DNA of 64,000 nt from Oceanispirochaeta sp. Lineage in GTDB: Bacteria; Spirochaetota; Spirochaetia; DSM-2461. Each line of letters starts with the position of its first letter. Positions within the stretch are counted from its first letter, which is position 1. Below are positions 29,616-39,214 of the stretch, piece after piece. A program made the translations under genes and the position numbers. The notes beneath the pieces were generated by a model, which had not been told where the DNA came from, did not search any database, and saw nothing but the letters and a program-made list of their open reading frames with translations. The stretch is taken from positions 1,696,001-1,760,000 of the forward strand of contig CAXXXD010000002.1 in assembly GCA_963663385.2 (NCBI GenBank), read 5' to 3'.

Positions 29616-29643
29616 TTGGAAAAAGAGCATGATGTACTATAAT
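29616..29643 (+). promoter_or_regulatory. Putative sigma70 promoter of the cfpA operon
   Basis: TTGGAA-N16-TATAAT in an AT-rich spacer; GAGGAG RBS just before the ATG at 29708. Confidence 0.5.
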
Positions 29644-29707
29644 TTATAGTTAATAGTTCGTTGCTTTTACGTATTGCTAGAAATCAATGATTTAAGAGGA
29701 GAGTAAA

Positions 29708-31666
29708 ATGGCTGGTGATCTACCCAGAAGTCCTAATGTATTTCATCCTACAAAACCTTCAGCAGTTGGTTCAAGAAACAGTCTTGCCCAGGAAGGACGT
29801 ATTCAGAATGAAGAGTTTGAACGAGTAGTTCAGGAAGAGTCTGACAAAATCTTATCTGAAATGCAGACAAAGCTCCCACCCGAGGTTCTTAAGCAACTGG
29901 ATGTAATGGGTGGTTTGAAGCAGAAGCTGTATAACTACTACAACCAGAACTATCAGAACATGTTCAACCGTTACGTTGTAACGACCGAAGATGAAATGGT
30001 AAAAAAAATCCGGGGTTTTATCGACAAGGAAGAAACAAAATCCCTTGCACGTTATACTCCGAAAGAAATAGCAGAAATGCTGGACCAGATCGGTGGTGCG
30101 GACAAGTTCAATACCGGTGAGATTGAGAAATCAATTGTTAACATGTATGGACACCTGCAGGGGCATGTTCAGCGTGGACTGAATGACCTTGAAAATGAAA
30201 CCAATGCCCTTCTGAGACAGAAGACTGATGTTGGTGCGTTTATTCGTGGTGAAAATGCCTACTCCATCATTAAATGTTCCTTCAAGGACAATCAGTACAA
30301 ACCCAAAACTGTTACAGATGTAAAACTGTCAATCAACATACTGGAATCCGAGCTGATCAGTCCGATTTTTCAGTATCAGGCATCTGTGGAGTACATTATC
30401 AAAGATCAGATTTCCAAAACCGTAATGGACATGATTGATAAGGAGATTGAAGTTCTCCAGGATCAGCTTGTTGATGAAGGAAAGGAAGAGCTGAGCGATA
30501 CAGAACTGATGTTCGAAAGAATCAAGAAAATTCCTGAGTTCACGGATGATGAGAAGGAAGATGAAAACTCCAGAAGATATGCTTTTATGGCAAAATCCCT
30601 GGTTGAAAAGATTGAAGGCTTGAGAGCAGAGATTGCTCAGGAAGAGTTCGATCCTCAGAATATCCGTGAAAACATCAAGAAAATTATTGATAATGAAAAC
30701 ATCAGAAACAGGGGATTCAATACCGCTGTAAATAATCTGACGTCTATTCTGGATACCAGTAAAATGGGTTATCAGTATATCGAAAACCTGAAAAATGCCA
30801 GAGAACTGATTGTACGTGAATATGAGGATACAGATCCCCTGCAGCTGCCTGATGAAAGATATCAGATCATGCTGAAATTCTACGACAATGATCAGCTGGA
30901 AAAACTGAGAAAGAATTATGACGACCAGATGGATGAATTCCATCGGGAAGTTCTTCATATCTGGGATGTGGCAGAGGTTGTCTACCAGGGGAAGAAAGCC
31001 AGGGGTATCAACGATTTTGACGACCTGGCTAAAAAAGTGGCTCCCCAGATCAAGAAAACAATCAAGGATATCAGCGGTGATCCTGTATATGAAGAGCAGG
31101 AAAAGAACTGGAATGAGATTCTTAAAATGAGAGTGGAGGATACGGATGTTGAACGCCTGAATCAGACCTATCTTTACGAAAAAGATCTCATGAAGAGAAT
31201 GCTGCGGAGAACCAGAGATAAAATTTCTACAACTTTCGGGTATGAAAATCCCAAAACCCGTGTGGTTATGGATCAGAGAATTGATTTTCTCGAAAAAATG
31301 TTCGATGAGTTTGACTACATGATTAATCCCTACCATGTACAGCCCGGTCTGGTCCTGGATATGGATATCAATAGTATCAAACGTAAGAAGTTTACTCTGA
31401 ACAGCATGGCTAATGTTATGAATGAATTCCTTAACGGTGTATCCAAAGGCTTTCAGGATGCCGCATTTGCTTCGTTCAAGAGAAGACGGTCTACCGTTCG
31501 TGACGACATTAATCAGAGCTTTGCTGCAGAGCCCGTTGCTGTTGCTGCCTCTTCCGAATATGCAGAAGCAATAAAAGAAAAAAACACAGAGGCTCCCAAA
31601 GGGAAAGCGGATGTAACTCCTTCCAGAAGGAAAAAAGTCAATCTGGATGAATTAAGCGAGATCTGA
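29708..31666 (+). CDS. cfpA: Cytoplasmic filament protein A
   Basis: N-terminus [25 protein letters not shown] matches treponemal CfpA as I recall it; long coiled-coil-like acidic protein. Confidence 0.92.
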   Translation: MAGDLPRSPNVFHPTKPSAVGSRNSLAQEGRIQNEEFERVVQEESDKILSEMQTKLPPEVLKQLDVMGGLKQKLYNYYNQNYQNMFNRYVVTTEDEMVKKIRGFIDKEETKSLARYTPKEIAEMLDQIGGADKFNTGEIEKSIVNMYGHLQGHVQRGLNDLENETNALLRQKTDVGAFIRGENAYSIIKCSFKDNQYKPKTVTDVKLSINILESELISPIFQYQASVEYIIKDQISKTVMDMIDKEIEVLQDQLVDEGKEELSDTELMFERIKKIPEFTDDEKEDENSRRYAFMAKSLVEKIEGLRAEIAQEEFDPQNIRENIKKIIDNENIRNRGFNTAVNNLTSILDTSKMGYQYIENLKNARELIVREYEDTDPLQLPDERYQIMLKFYDNDQLEKLRKNYDDQMDEFHREVLHIWDVAEVVYQGKKARGINDFDDLAKKVAPQIKKTIKDISGDPVYEEQEKNWNEILKMRVEDTDVERLNQTYLYEKDLMKRMLRRTRDKISTTFGYENPKTRVVMDQRIDFLEKMFDEFDYMINPYHVQPGLVLDMDINSIKRKKFTLNSMANVMNEFLNGVSKGFQDAAFASFKRRRSTVRDDINQSFAAEPVAVAASSEYAEAIKEKNTEAPKGKADVTPSRRKKVNLDELSEI

Positions 31667-31667
31667 T

Positions 31668-32609
31668 ATGACTCAAAACATCAGCGATAATAAATTCAAT
31701 TTGTTATCCACCAGGGCCGGATTCAATCTTGCCCTGGGGCATTTTAAGAAATCACTGTCCTTCTCGGGCGACCTTGAGGACGGGATGAATTTGGCTGATG
31801 TACTGACTGAAGCTCTTGAGGAGGGAGGAATCTCTCCTCATCAGCTGAGGCCTGTACTCAATATTCTGCTAGTCGATAAATTCAGCTATACCTGTCAATC
31901 CCGAAACCTTGAAAAAACAGTGGAATCCGTGGATGAATTAGTTGAAGTTGTGTCTGAGTGGACCCAGTTGGATCTGGTGATGGCTTTCTATGATTCAAAC
32001 GGAGATCTTTTCGTAATCAATCCGGCCAGGAAAGATCATTGGCTGTCTCTGATGCCGCTCTATCGCAATGAATTGATGATCTGTTTTGTTAAAAGCCGCA
32101 AGGAAAATGACAAGCAGACAGAACAGTCAGCCTGTGATGACCTTTTCGCCCTTTTGGGCGGAGAAAAAATCAGGACAAAAAAAGCTTATGTAAATCCTGA
32201 TGCCATTCCCGAAAAGAAAACTGAACCCGAACCCGAGGAAAAAACTGCTCCTGTTGGTCCTGATGCAGGTGCAGGCGTCAAAAAGGTATCTACAAAATAC
32301 TCGGTTCTTGTCACCAATGAGCTCTTTCATAACGGTAATGTTGAAGCATGGAAGAAAATCATTGAGAGTTATACGACTAAACATCCCGGACTTGATGTTC
32401 TTATCTGGTACGATGGAGAACGGATAAACGATATTAATACCCTGTTTAAATGGGGTAAGGTAAAACATGGTACGCCTATTATGTTCAGTGTTGCCGGGGA
32501 TGATATTAAAGATGTGTCTAAGCTGAAAAAATACTTTTTCGAGGGTGCCAGCCCCCGATTTGAAGTTTTTTTAAGAGGTGCTGTAAACAGTGTCCTGGAC
32601 CTGTTTTAG
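31668..32609 (+). CDS. Hypothetical protein with C-terminal HPr-like domain
   Basis: Starts 1 bp after cfpA; the C-terminal ~90 aa align by eye with HPr, including His221 at the His15 position. Confidence 0.75.
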   Translation: MTQNISDNKFNLLSTRAGFNLALGHFKKSLSFSGDLEDGMNLADVLTEALEEGGISPHQLRPVLNILLVDKFSYTCQSRNLEKTVESVDELVEVVSEWTQLDLVMAFYDSNGDLFVINPARKDHWLSLMPLYRNELMICFVKSRKENDKQTEQSACDDLFALLGGEKIRTKKAYVNPDAIPEKKTEPEPEEKTAPVGPDAGAGVKKVSTKYSVLVTNELFHNGNVEAWKKIIESYTTKHPGLDVLIWYDGERINDINTLFKWGKVKHGTPIMFSVAGDDIKDVSKLKKYFFEGASPRFEVFLRGAVNSVLDLF

Positions 32610-32642
32610 GCTAAACAGACTATCGAAATAAGGAAAATCTTT

Positions 32643-35267
32643 ATGGATATTTATTCATTCAGCAGTACTGCTTATACAGAAGACAAAGGTGTCCTGGATG
32701 TTCTGGGATACAGGGGACGAAGGCTGATGCATCTGGCCGGTTTGGGTATTCCCATTCTGCCCGGGTATGTGCTGTCCAATGATTCTCTGCTGGCTGAACT
32801 GGAAGAACCCGGAACGTATAGTTCCAAAATCCATCAATCCATTGAAAATATGGATAAAGTGGTGGGAAAAAAATTCGGAGATTCAGAAAATCCTCTGCTG
32901 ATAAAGTATGTATTAAGTCCGCAGCTTAATATGATCGATACTTTTTCCAGCCTGCACAATGTGGGACTGTGTAAAAATACAATCGACGGTTTTGCCAGAT
33001 TTGTTGGAGAGGAATTCGCCTATCACGAATACAGGAATATGCTCAGAAGGGTTATGATCCTGGATCTTGAGATAGAATCGGACTCCAACAGGCGTAAGCT
33101 TCTGGAAAAACTGGCAGCATCCCTGCAGAAATGCGACTCTGCCAAGAAGACAAAAGATGTACTGATCGAAGTGGAAGGCGTATATCCGGAAGAGATATTT
33201 TCCGATCCCTGGGCACAGTTGAGCTATGTTCAATCCCTTTATACGAAATATCTGAAAGAGAGTGAAACCCTGAATGATTCAGCTCTGCTGGTTCAGGCCA
33301 TGACTTTCGGTAACTATGGAAAGGAGAGCTTTTTCGGAAGTTATTATACCCGTGATATTGTTACGGGGAACAATGAACTGTCCGGCAAGTTTTTTGCCAA
33401 TTCCTTTGATGCCACCCAGTCTGACGGTCAGCCCATTACCAAAATAAAAAAGGGTTTCTTCGACGATCTTAAATCCATTGCAAAGCAGTTGGAAACTCAC
33501 TATAAAGAGATTCGTACCATAAAATTCACAGTGGAGGACGGCCGTCTCTGGGTTATTGATCAGAATGCGGCCGATAACAAGTCCACCCAGGCTCATATTC
33601 GCACACTGCTGGATCTGAATAAAGAAGAAATTGTTACAGATGAGTATGTTATAAATGCCATTCAGCCTGGTCGGCTGGCCGAGATCCTTCATCCCGTTCT
33701 GGATAAAGCATCTGCGGAAACCATGCCGTCCTTTTACGGCGGGATTTCCGGTTCCGTCGGGGCCGCTATCGGCAAGGTGTTTTTCTCAACAGAAAAGCTG
33801 ATGCAGGAGTACAGAATCGCCACCCAGCGCGGGCTTGATGCCAATTTCATCCTGTGTATGACAGCAACCTATGCGGAAGATGTCAAGGCAATAGAAGTCG
33901 CCCAGGGTGTAATTACATCAGAAGGCGGCTATGCATCTCATGCACCGGTTGTGGCCAGAAGCCTCGGTAAGGTGGCCATGGTTAACCCGGATATCAGAAT
34001 ACTGAAATCCTCAGTAAAAGTCGGTGAACATACCATCAAGGAAGGGGATTATATCAGTCTTGATGTTCCCTCCTATGATAAACCGACTATATACTTTGAT
34101 AAGGTTAAACTGATAAAGCCCGTAATTGAAGAGAGTGGTATCCTGGAATTTCTGGATATTGCCCAGAAATTCATAGGGGATTTTGATGTGCACGCCAATG
34201 CTGATCAGCCAAAGGATGCTCAGCTTGCCAAGCTTTTTCATGCTGACGGGATCGGTCTATGCCGGACGGAGCATATGTTCTTTGATGAAGAACGAATACC
34301 CCTTTTCCGGTCAATGATAATCGCGGAAGACAAGGAAGATCGGTTCAGGTTTCTTGAGAAGCTGGGAGAAATGCAGACTTCCGATTTCTATAATCTGCTA
34401 AAGATTATGGAGGGACATCCTGTCACAATCCGATTGCTTGATGCACCATTACATGAGTTTCTGCCGCACACCCGGGATAGCATGACTGAGTTTATAAAAT
34501 TCTATAAAAAGAATCATGCCGATGCCAGTGATGCCGATATCAGACTGCGTTGTGACATGATGGGCGAAGTAAACCCTATGCTGGGTCACAGGGGGATTCG
34601 TGTAGGTATTTCTACTCCTGAAATTTACGCCATGCAGATTCGTTCCATCTTTGAAGCTTCCTACAAGCTGATGAAAGAAGATGGTATTACTCCCAGACCT
34701 GAAATCATGCTTCCTGTAGTAATGTCTGAAAGGGAAGTCAAGACCATCAGATTTGGCAAGAGAATCGAGGGAACAGAAATCCTGGGTATTCGTGATATCG
34801 AACTGGCAGTAAGGCAGAAGTACGATGTGGAAGAGACTCTGCCCTACAGGGTAGGTACCATGATTGAGCTCCCCGGCGCTGCTATACAGGCGGACAAAAT
34901 TGCCCGTTATGCTGATTTTTTCAGCTTCGGTACAAATGATTTGACTCAGACGACCAATGGAATTTCCCGGGATGACTTCAATTCATTCTTTACGGATTAT
35001 AACGAATTTGACCTTCTGGAAAGAAATCCCTTCAAGTATCTTAACGGACCCGTAAAAGAACTTGTCTCCATTGCAGCAGAGAGAGGTCGTCTGGTTAGAC
35101 CGGATATGTCTATGGGCTTGTGTGGTGAACATGGGGCAGAGCCGGAGAATATCGAGTTCTGTATGAACCTTGGACTTAACTATGTATCCTGTTCACCTTA
35201 CGGGATCCCCATTGCCAAGTTGGCAGTTGCTCAGAAAACCCTGAAAGATAAAGCTGCATCCAAGTAA
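32643..35267 (+). CDS. PPDK-family PEP-utilising protein with degenerate nucleotide-binding domain
   Basis: Full PPDK architecture; GGYASHAPVVAR, GIGLCRTEHMF, SFGTNDLTQ and GLCGEHG are intact; ATP-grasp residues are lost. Confidence 0.9.
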   Translation: MDIYSFSSTAYTEDKGVLDVLGYRGRRLMHLAGLGIPILPGYVLSNDSLLAELEEPGTYSSKIHQSIENMDKVVGKKFGDSENPLLIKYVLSPQLNMIDTFSSLHNVGLCKNTIDGFARFVGEEFAYHEYRNMLRRVMILDLEIESDSNRRKLLEKLAASLQKCDSAKKTKDVLIEVEGVYPEEIFSDPWAQLSYVQSLYTKYLKESETLNDSALLVQAMTFGNYGKESFFGSYYTRDIVTGNNELSGKFFANSFDATQSDGQPITKIKKGFFDDLKSIAKQLETHYKEIRTIKFTVEDGRLWVIDQNAADNKSTQAHIRTLLDLNKEEIVTDEYVINAIQPGRLAEILHPVLDKASAETMPSFYGGISGSVGAAIGKVFFSTEKLMQEYRIATQRGLDANFILCMTATYAEDVKAIEVAQGVITSEGGYASHAPVVARSLGKVAMVNPDIRILKSSVKVGEHTIKEGDYISLDVPSYDKPTIYFDKVKLIKPVIEESGILEFLDIAQKFIGDFDVHANADQPKDAQLAKLFHADGIGLCRTEHMFFDEERIPLFRSMIIAEDKEDRFRFLEKLGEMQTSDFYNLLKIMEGHPVTIRLLDAPLHEFLPHTRDSMTEFIKFYKKNHADASDADIRLRCDMMGEVNPMLGHRGIRVGISTPEIYAMQIRSIFEASYKLMKEDGITPRPEIMLPVVMSEREVKTIRFGKRIEGTEILGIRDIELAVRQKYDVEETLPYRVGTMIELPGAAIQADKIARYADFFSFGTNDLTQTTNGISRDDFNSFFTDYNEFDLLERNPFKYLNGPVKELVSIAAERGRLVRPDMSMGLCGEHGAEPENIEFCMNLGLNYVSCSPYGIPIAKLAVAQKTLKDKAASK

Positions 35268-35272
35268 TAAAA

Positions 35273-36157
35273 TCAGGGGAAGAAGAAACGGATCTTATTC
35301 TTTTCTTCTTCCTCTCGCATTTCTGCAAAACACTCGGCCAGATGAACAATGATTTTTAAAGCTGAGTTTTTATTGATATCCGGAAATCGTCTCCGCAGAT
35401 AGTTTATGTGGTTAACACTATGCGTAAAGTTAACTTTCCAGTTAATCCTTCCAAAGCGATCTGTCAGAAATGATGCCAGGTAGTCCATCAGGCTGGCGTT
35501 CAGATACTCTTCCATTTTGTTCCAGTGAGGATTAATTTGCGGATGACGGGGGATATCCCGGGCTTCAAGGGTGATATACTGAAAAAAATAGAGAATAAAA
35601 TCCCGATACACTTCATAAATATATTTATCGTAATCGCTTTTACAGTACATGCTGAGCTCTTTAACCGAGGATGTAACAGTTATCTGTTCTTTAAGGCACT
35701 GTCTGTAACGGAATTTCCGGCTACCTTCATACCGGAGGAAGCGGTTTTCCAGTCCATATTCATAATACCTGTCTGTTGTTTTATGGAAGAGTCTTGTTGT
35801 CTCTGTCATAGCAGCTTTGTATCCGGGGGTGAGCGTTTCAACCCGGGAACTCTGTTTCTCATTTTTTTTCTTTTCTGAATGAAATCTGTTGATATCCTGA
35901 TAAAAGGGGTAAGGGGTTTCAGGTTCGGTATTTCCGGTCGGAGTTACTTTGTTCTTTATCGGATTATTAAGCAGTTCCTTACACTGTTCATAGGCTAGAT
36001 TTATTTCAGTCATTTTTTTGTGAGACCAGTCCTGATTCTCCTGGTTGTAATCGGGATGGTATTTTTTTACCAGTTTTTTATAGGATTTTTGTAAGTCGTC
36101 CTTTGAAAAGTTCTCTTTTAAATGAAAAATCATAAGAGAACGCCGAATATCATGCAT
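35273..36157 (-). CDS. J-domain (DnaJ-like) protein
   Basis: N-terminal YKKLVKKYHPD...EINLAYE. Confidence 0.8.
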   Translation of the reverse strand: MHDIRRSLMIFHLKENFSKDDLQKSYKKLVKKYHPDYNQENQDWSHKKMTEINLAYEQCKELLNNPIKNKVTPTGNTEPETPYPFYQDINRFHSEKKKNEKQSSRVETLTPGYKAAMTETTRLFHKTTDRYYEYGLENRFLRYEGSRKFRYRQCLKEQITVTSSVKELSMYCKSDYDKYIYEVYRDFILYFFQYITLEARDIPRHPQINPHWNKMEEYLNASLMDYLASFLTDRFGRINWKVNFTHSVNHINYLRRRFPDINKNSALKIIVHLAECFAEMREEEEKNKIRFFFP

Positions 36158-36331
36158 GTTTAATCATTATAAAGAAAAAAAATTATGATGGATACAGAAC
36201 TTGGAATAAAAATATGAATATTTAATTGCATATTATCCCATTATAATTATAATTGATTTCATTTACAGGCGTCTTTGTATATTATAGATATGAATATATA
36301 GGGACACTATTATACTAAACAGGAGGAGCAG

Positions 36332-38011
36332 ATGAAGAAAGGGCGAACTTACGGAGCTAAGGCGCTGGTGAAAACCCTTGAAAGATTGGGTGTTGAAATT
36401 ATCTTCGGCTACCCGGGCGGTGCAAACCTCCCCATTTATGAAGCACTGGCATCAAGTTCTATCAAGCATGTACTTGCCAGGCATGAGCAAGGCGCAGCGC
36501 ATATGGCTGACGGTTATGCAAGGGCTACTGGTAAAGTCGGTGTGTGTATGGCCACAAGCGGACCGGGAGCGACTAATCTAGTCACAGGTATTGCAACTGC
36601 CTATATGGATTCTGTTCCCGTACTGGCTATTACAGGGCAGGTTCCCAGAAGCAATATCGGAACAGATGCGTTTCAGGAAGTGGATATAAGCGGGATTACT
36701 ATTCCAATTACAAAACATAACCTTCTGGTGCAGGATGTAAAGGAAATTCCCTCCCGTATCGAAGAGGCCCTTCATATCTGTTCGACTGGCCGTATGGGGC
36801 CGGTGCTGGTAGATATACCCAAAGATGTTCTTCAGGAGGAATTTACCTTGCCTCCGGTAAAAGAGATTGTTCTGGAAGGATATAATCCAAACTCTGTCGG
36901 TCATCCCGGACAGATTAAAAGGGTTGCAAAGATTATCGATCAGGCAAGGCGTCCTTTGATTATTGCCGGAGGCGGTGTCGTTTCTGCCGGTGCATTTGAG
37001 GAATTGAAGAGTTTTGTAGAGTTAACCTCCATCCCTCTTACCTATACATTCATGGGAAAATCGGCTCTGGATAACAATCATCCCCTCAACCTGGGGATGT
37101 GCGGTTATCATGGGCAGCCGGTTTCAAACCAGGCAATTGATCAGTCCGATGTAATAATCGCCCTGGGCGCCAGATTCAGCAATAGGCATACCATTAATCT
37201 TGATACCTACCCGGGGCATAAGAAACTTATCCATATAGATATTGATCCGGCGGAAATCGGCAAGAATGTTGAAACACTGCTGCCGATTGTCGGGGATATT
37301 AAACAGATTCTTGAAAAACTTCTGGATATTGTGAAGAAAACAGATCGATCCGGCTGGCTGAAAACCCTGGAAGGGATATCTGAAAAAACAAAGGATATTG
37401 AGATCCCCGATACGATTTTGTCGGAAACTGGTGTTCTGCGGATTATGAATGAATATATAAAATATCCCCTGGTTACCACGGATGTCGGCAGGCATCAGAT
37501 GTTTGCCGCTCATGAGATTCCCGTAGCCAGCGGCAGGGATTTTATCAGTTCCGGCGGTCTGGGGACAATGGGATTTGGTCTTCCCTCTGCCATCGGTGCA
37601 GCCCTGGGCCGTCCGGACAAACAGGTTGTGGTTGTTAATGGAGACGGCGGTTTTATGATGAACAGCCAGGAGATCGTTGTCGCTGCCGAGCTGGGACTTA
37701 ATATAATTGTTCTTCTGATGAACGATTCCAAACTCGGCATGATTACCATGCTTCAGGATGAATTCTATCAGAGCGGTTTTGATATCAGTAACCTGAGCGC
37801 AGATATAGATTTTGTGAAACTGACAGAGAGTATGGGGGGGAAGGGGCATTCTGTCTCAACCCAGGAGGAACTCCGAAAACTTCTCGCTGACGACGGAATA
37901 AAAAGAGGAATCCATGTGATCGATTGTGTTATCGGTAAAGATGAACATGCATTTCCCATGGTTAACGGCAGCTCTATCGTAGACGTAGTGGAAGGAAGGG
38001 AGAAAAAATGA
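36332..38011 (+). CDS. ilvB: Acetolactate synthase large subunit
   Basis: FGYPGGA, RHEQGAAHMADGYAR, TSGPGATN, AFQE, GLGTMGFG, GDGG. Confidence 0.96.
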   Translation: MKKGRTYGAKALVKTLERLGVEIIFGYPGGANLPIYEALASSSIKHVLARHEQGAAHMADGYARATGKVGVCMATSGPGATNLVTGIATAYMDSVPVLAITGQVPRSNIGTDAFQEVDISGITIPITKHNLLVQDVKEIPSRIEEALHICSTGRMGPVLVDIPKDVLQEEFTLPPVKEIVLEGYNPNSVGHPGQIKRVAKIIDQARRPLIIAGGGVVSAGAFEELKSFVELTSIPLTYTFMGKSALDNNHPLNLGMCGYHGQPVSNQAIDQSDVIIALGARFSNRHTINLDTYPGHKKLIHIDIDPAEIGKNVETLLPIVGDIKQILEKLLDIVKKTDRSGWLKTLEGISEKTKDIEIPDTILSETGVLRIMNEYIKYPLVTTDVGRHQMFAAHEIPVASGRDFISSGGLGTMGFGLPSAIGAALGRPDKQVVVVNGDGGFMMNSQEIVVAAELGLNIIVLLMNDSKLGMITMLQDEFYQSGFDISNLSADIDFVKLTESMGGKGHSVSTQEELRKLLADDGIKRGIHVIDCVIGKDEHAFPMVNGSSIVDVVEGREKK

Positions 38012-38481
38012 AACATACAATATCCATTCTCTGTGATGACGTCCCCGGTGTAATGACACGTATTTCCGGTCTGTTCTCCCGGAGAGGTTTCAATATTGAA
38101 AGTTTATCCGTTGGTAATACGGACAGGCCCGGTAAGAGCCGGTTTACCATTGTTGTCAACGGAGATGATACGGTTCTGGAACAGGTCCGAAAACAGCTTC
38201 AGAAGCTTATTAATGTTATCAATGTCTGGGATTATAAAAGTGAATCCATCGTAGGCCGGGAACATGCCCTGATAAAAATAAAGGCAGACAAGAAGAATCG
38301 AACTGAACTGCTTCAGCTTGTGGCTTCCGTTCAGGCCAAGATTATAGACTCTTCCGGAGACATCTGGATTCTTGAGGTTACCGGTGATACAGAAGATATA
38401 AACAGCATTATTGACCTGTTTAGCCACTATAACATTGTAGAATCCATACGGACAGGAAAAATTGCTTTAAAAAGAGGTTGA
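38008..38481 (+). CDS. ilvN: Acetolactate synthase small subunit
   Basis: ACT domain PGVMTRISGLFSRRGFNIESLSVG; RTG. Confidence 0.96.
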   Translation: MKHTISILCDDVPGVMTRISGLFSRRGFNIESLSVGNTDRPGKSRFTIVVNGDDTVLEQVRKQLQKLINVINVWDYKSESIVGREHALIKIKADKKNRTELLQLVASVQAKIIDSSGDIWILEVTGDTEDINSIIDLFSHYNIVESIRTGKIALKRG

Positions 38482-38572
38482 GATTCTGTATAATTAACCA
38501 TAATTTTATATATAGGGGCTGAAGGAAACTTTAGCCCCTGAAGATTATGTTCACTTTTTCGAAGGAGATAAT

Positions 38573-39121
38573 ATGGCCAGGATCAAGGATCTTTTTGATG
38601 CATATCAAAGCGGAGAATTCCCTACTGAGGGCGGATATATTATATCCAACTTCTTTGATAGCAACTCTCACTATACACGTATAGAGATGATATCCTATGG
38701 CAATGTCAAGGATATATATACGACGGATGACGGAATTACCTTTCAGGCTGATGGTTTGAAAATGTATGTTCTGGTTGAACCCGCTTCGTATACGCAGAAA
38801 CATACAGAGCCCTGTTACCGGGATGACAGGCATAAAATCCCCTACCGTTTTAAAGAAGTGGATACCTATGTGACTAAACGGCAGGATAAGATTATGGTCG
38901 GCAAGGAACCGGTTGAAACCTATACCGCCTTTACGGTTATGAATGAAACGGGACTTAATCAGTCTTTTGTTGTTTTCAAGGATGAAGGTATTGAAGAATC
39001 CCTGGCGAATTATTTTAATCAGGTTCTTTGGAAGAATGTAAATATTCCCCGGAATGATGCACAGGCCGCAACGGAAATGATCTCAAAAATCGTTCCCCTT
39101 ATGGTGAACCCTTTCTCCTGA
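38573..39121 (+). CDS. Hypothetical protein
   Basis: 182-aa ORF with a strong AAGGAG RBS. Confidence 0.75.
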   Translation: MARIKDLFDAYQSGEFPTEGGYIISNFFDSNSHYTRIEMISYGNVKDIYTTDDGITFQADGLKMYVLVEPASYTQKHTEPCYRDDRHKIPYRFKEVDTYVTKRQDKIMVGKEPVETYTAFTVMNETGLNQSFVVFKDEGIEESLANYFNQVLWKNVNIPRNDAQAATEMISKIVPLMVNPFS

Positions 39122-39173
39122 TCCTGAAATGCCAATACCCGGCGGCGGGTTTCTGGTCGAGACGGTTATTTCA

Positions 39174-39202
39174 GTAAAGGCGGGTTTTAAACCCGTCTAT
39201 AC
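39174..39202. repeat. REP-like palindrome between convergent genes
   Basis: GTAAAGGCGGGTTTTAAACCCGTCTATAC (GTA...TAC flanked hairpin). Confidence 0.6.
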
Positions 39203-39214
39203 AAAAAACTGTCG

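Noticed and set aside
32643..35267. Annotating as functional ppdK or as a pseudogene
   Set aside because: Nucleotide-site residues are absent, yet the ORF is full length with intact His and PEP motifs; neither label fits
36185..36217. ilv attenuator leader peptide (MMDTELGIKI)
   Set aside because: No RBS, few branched-chain codons and no terminator/antiterminator hairpins before ilvB
36240..36253. Palindrome ATTATAATTATAAT as a regulator site
   Set aside because: Expected by chance in a very AT-rich divergent promoter region
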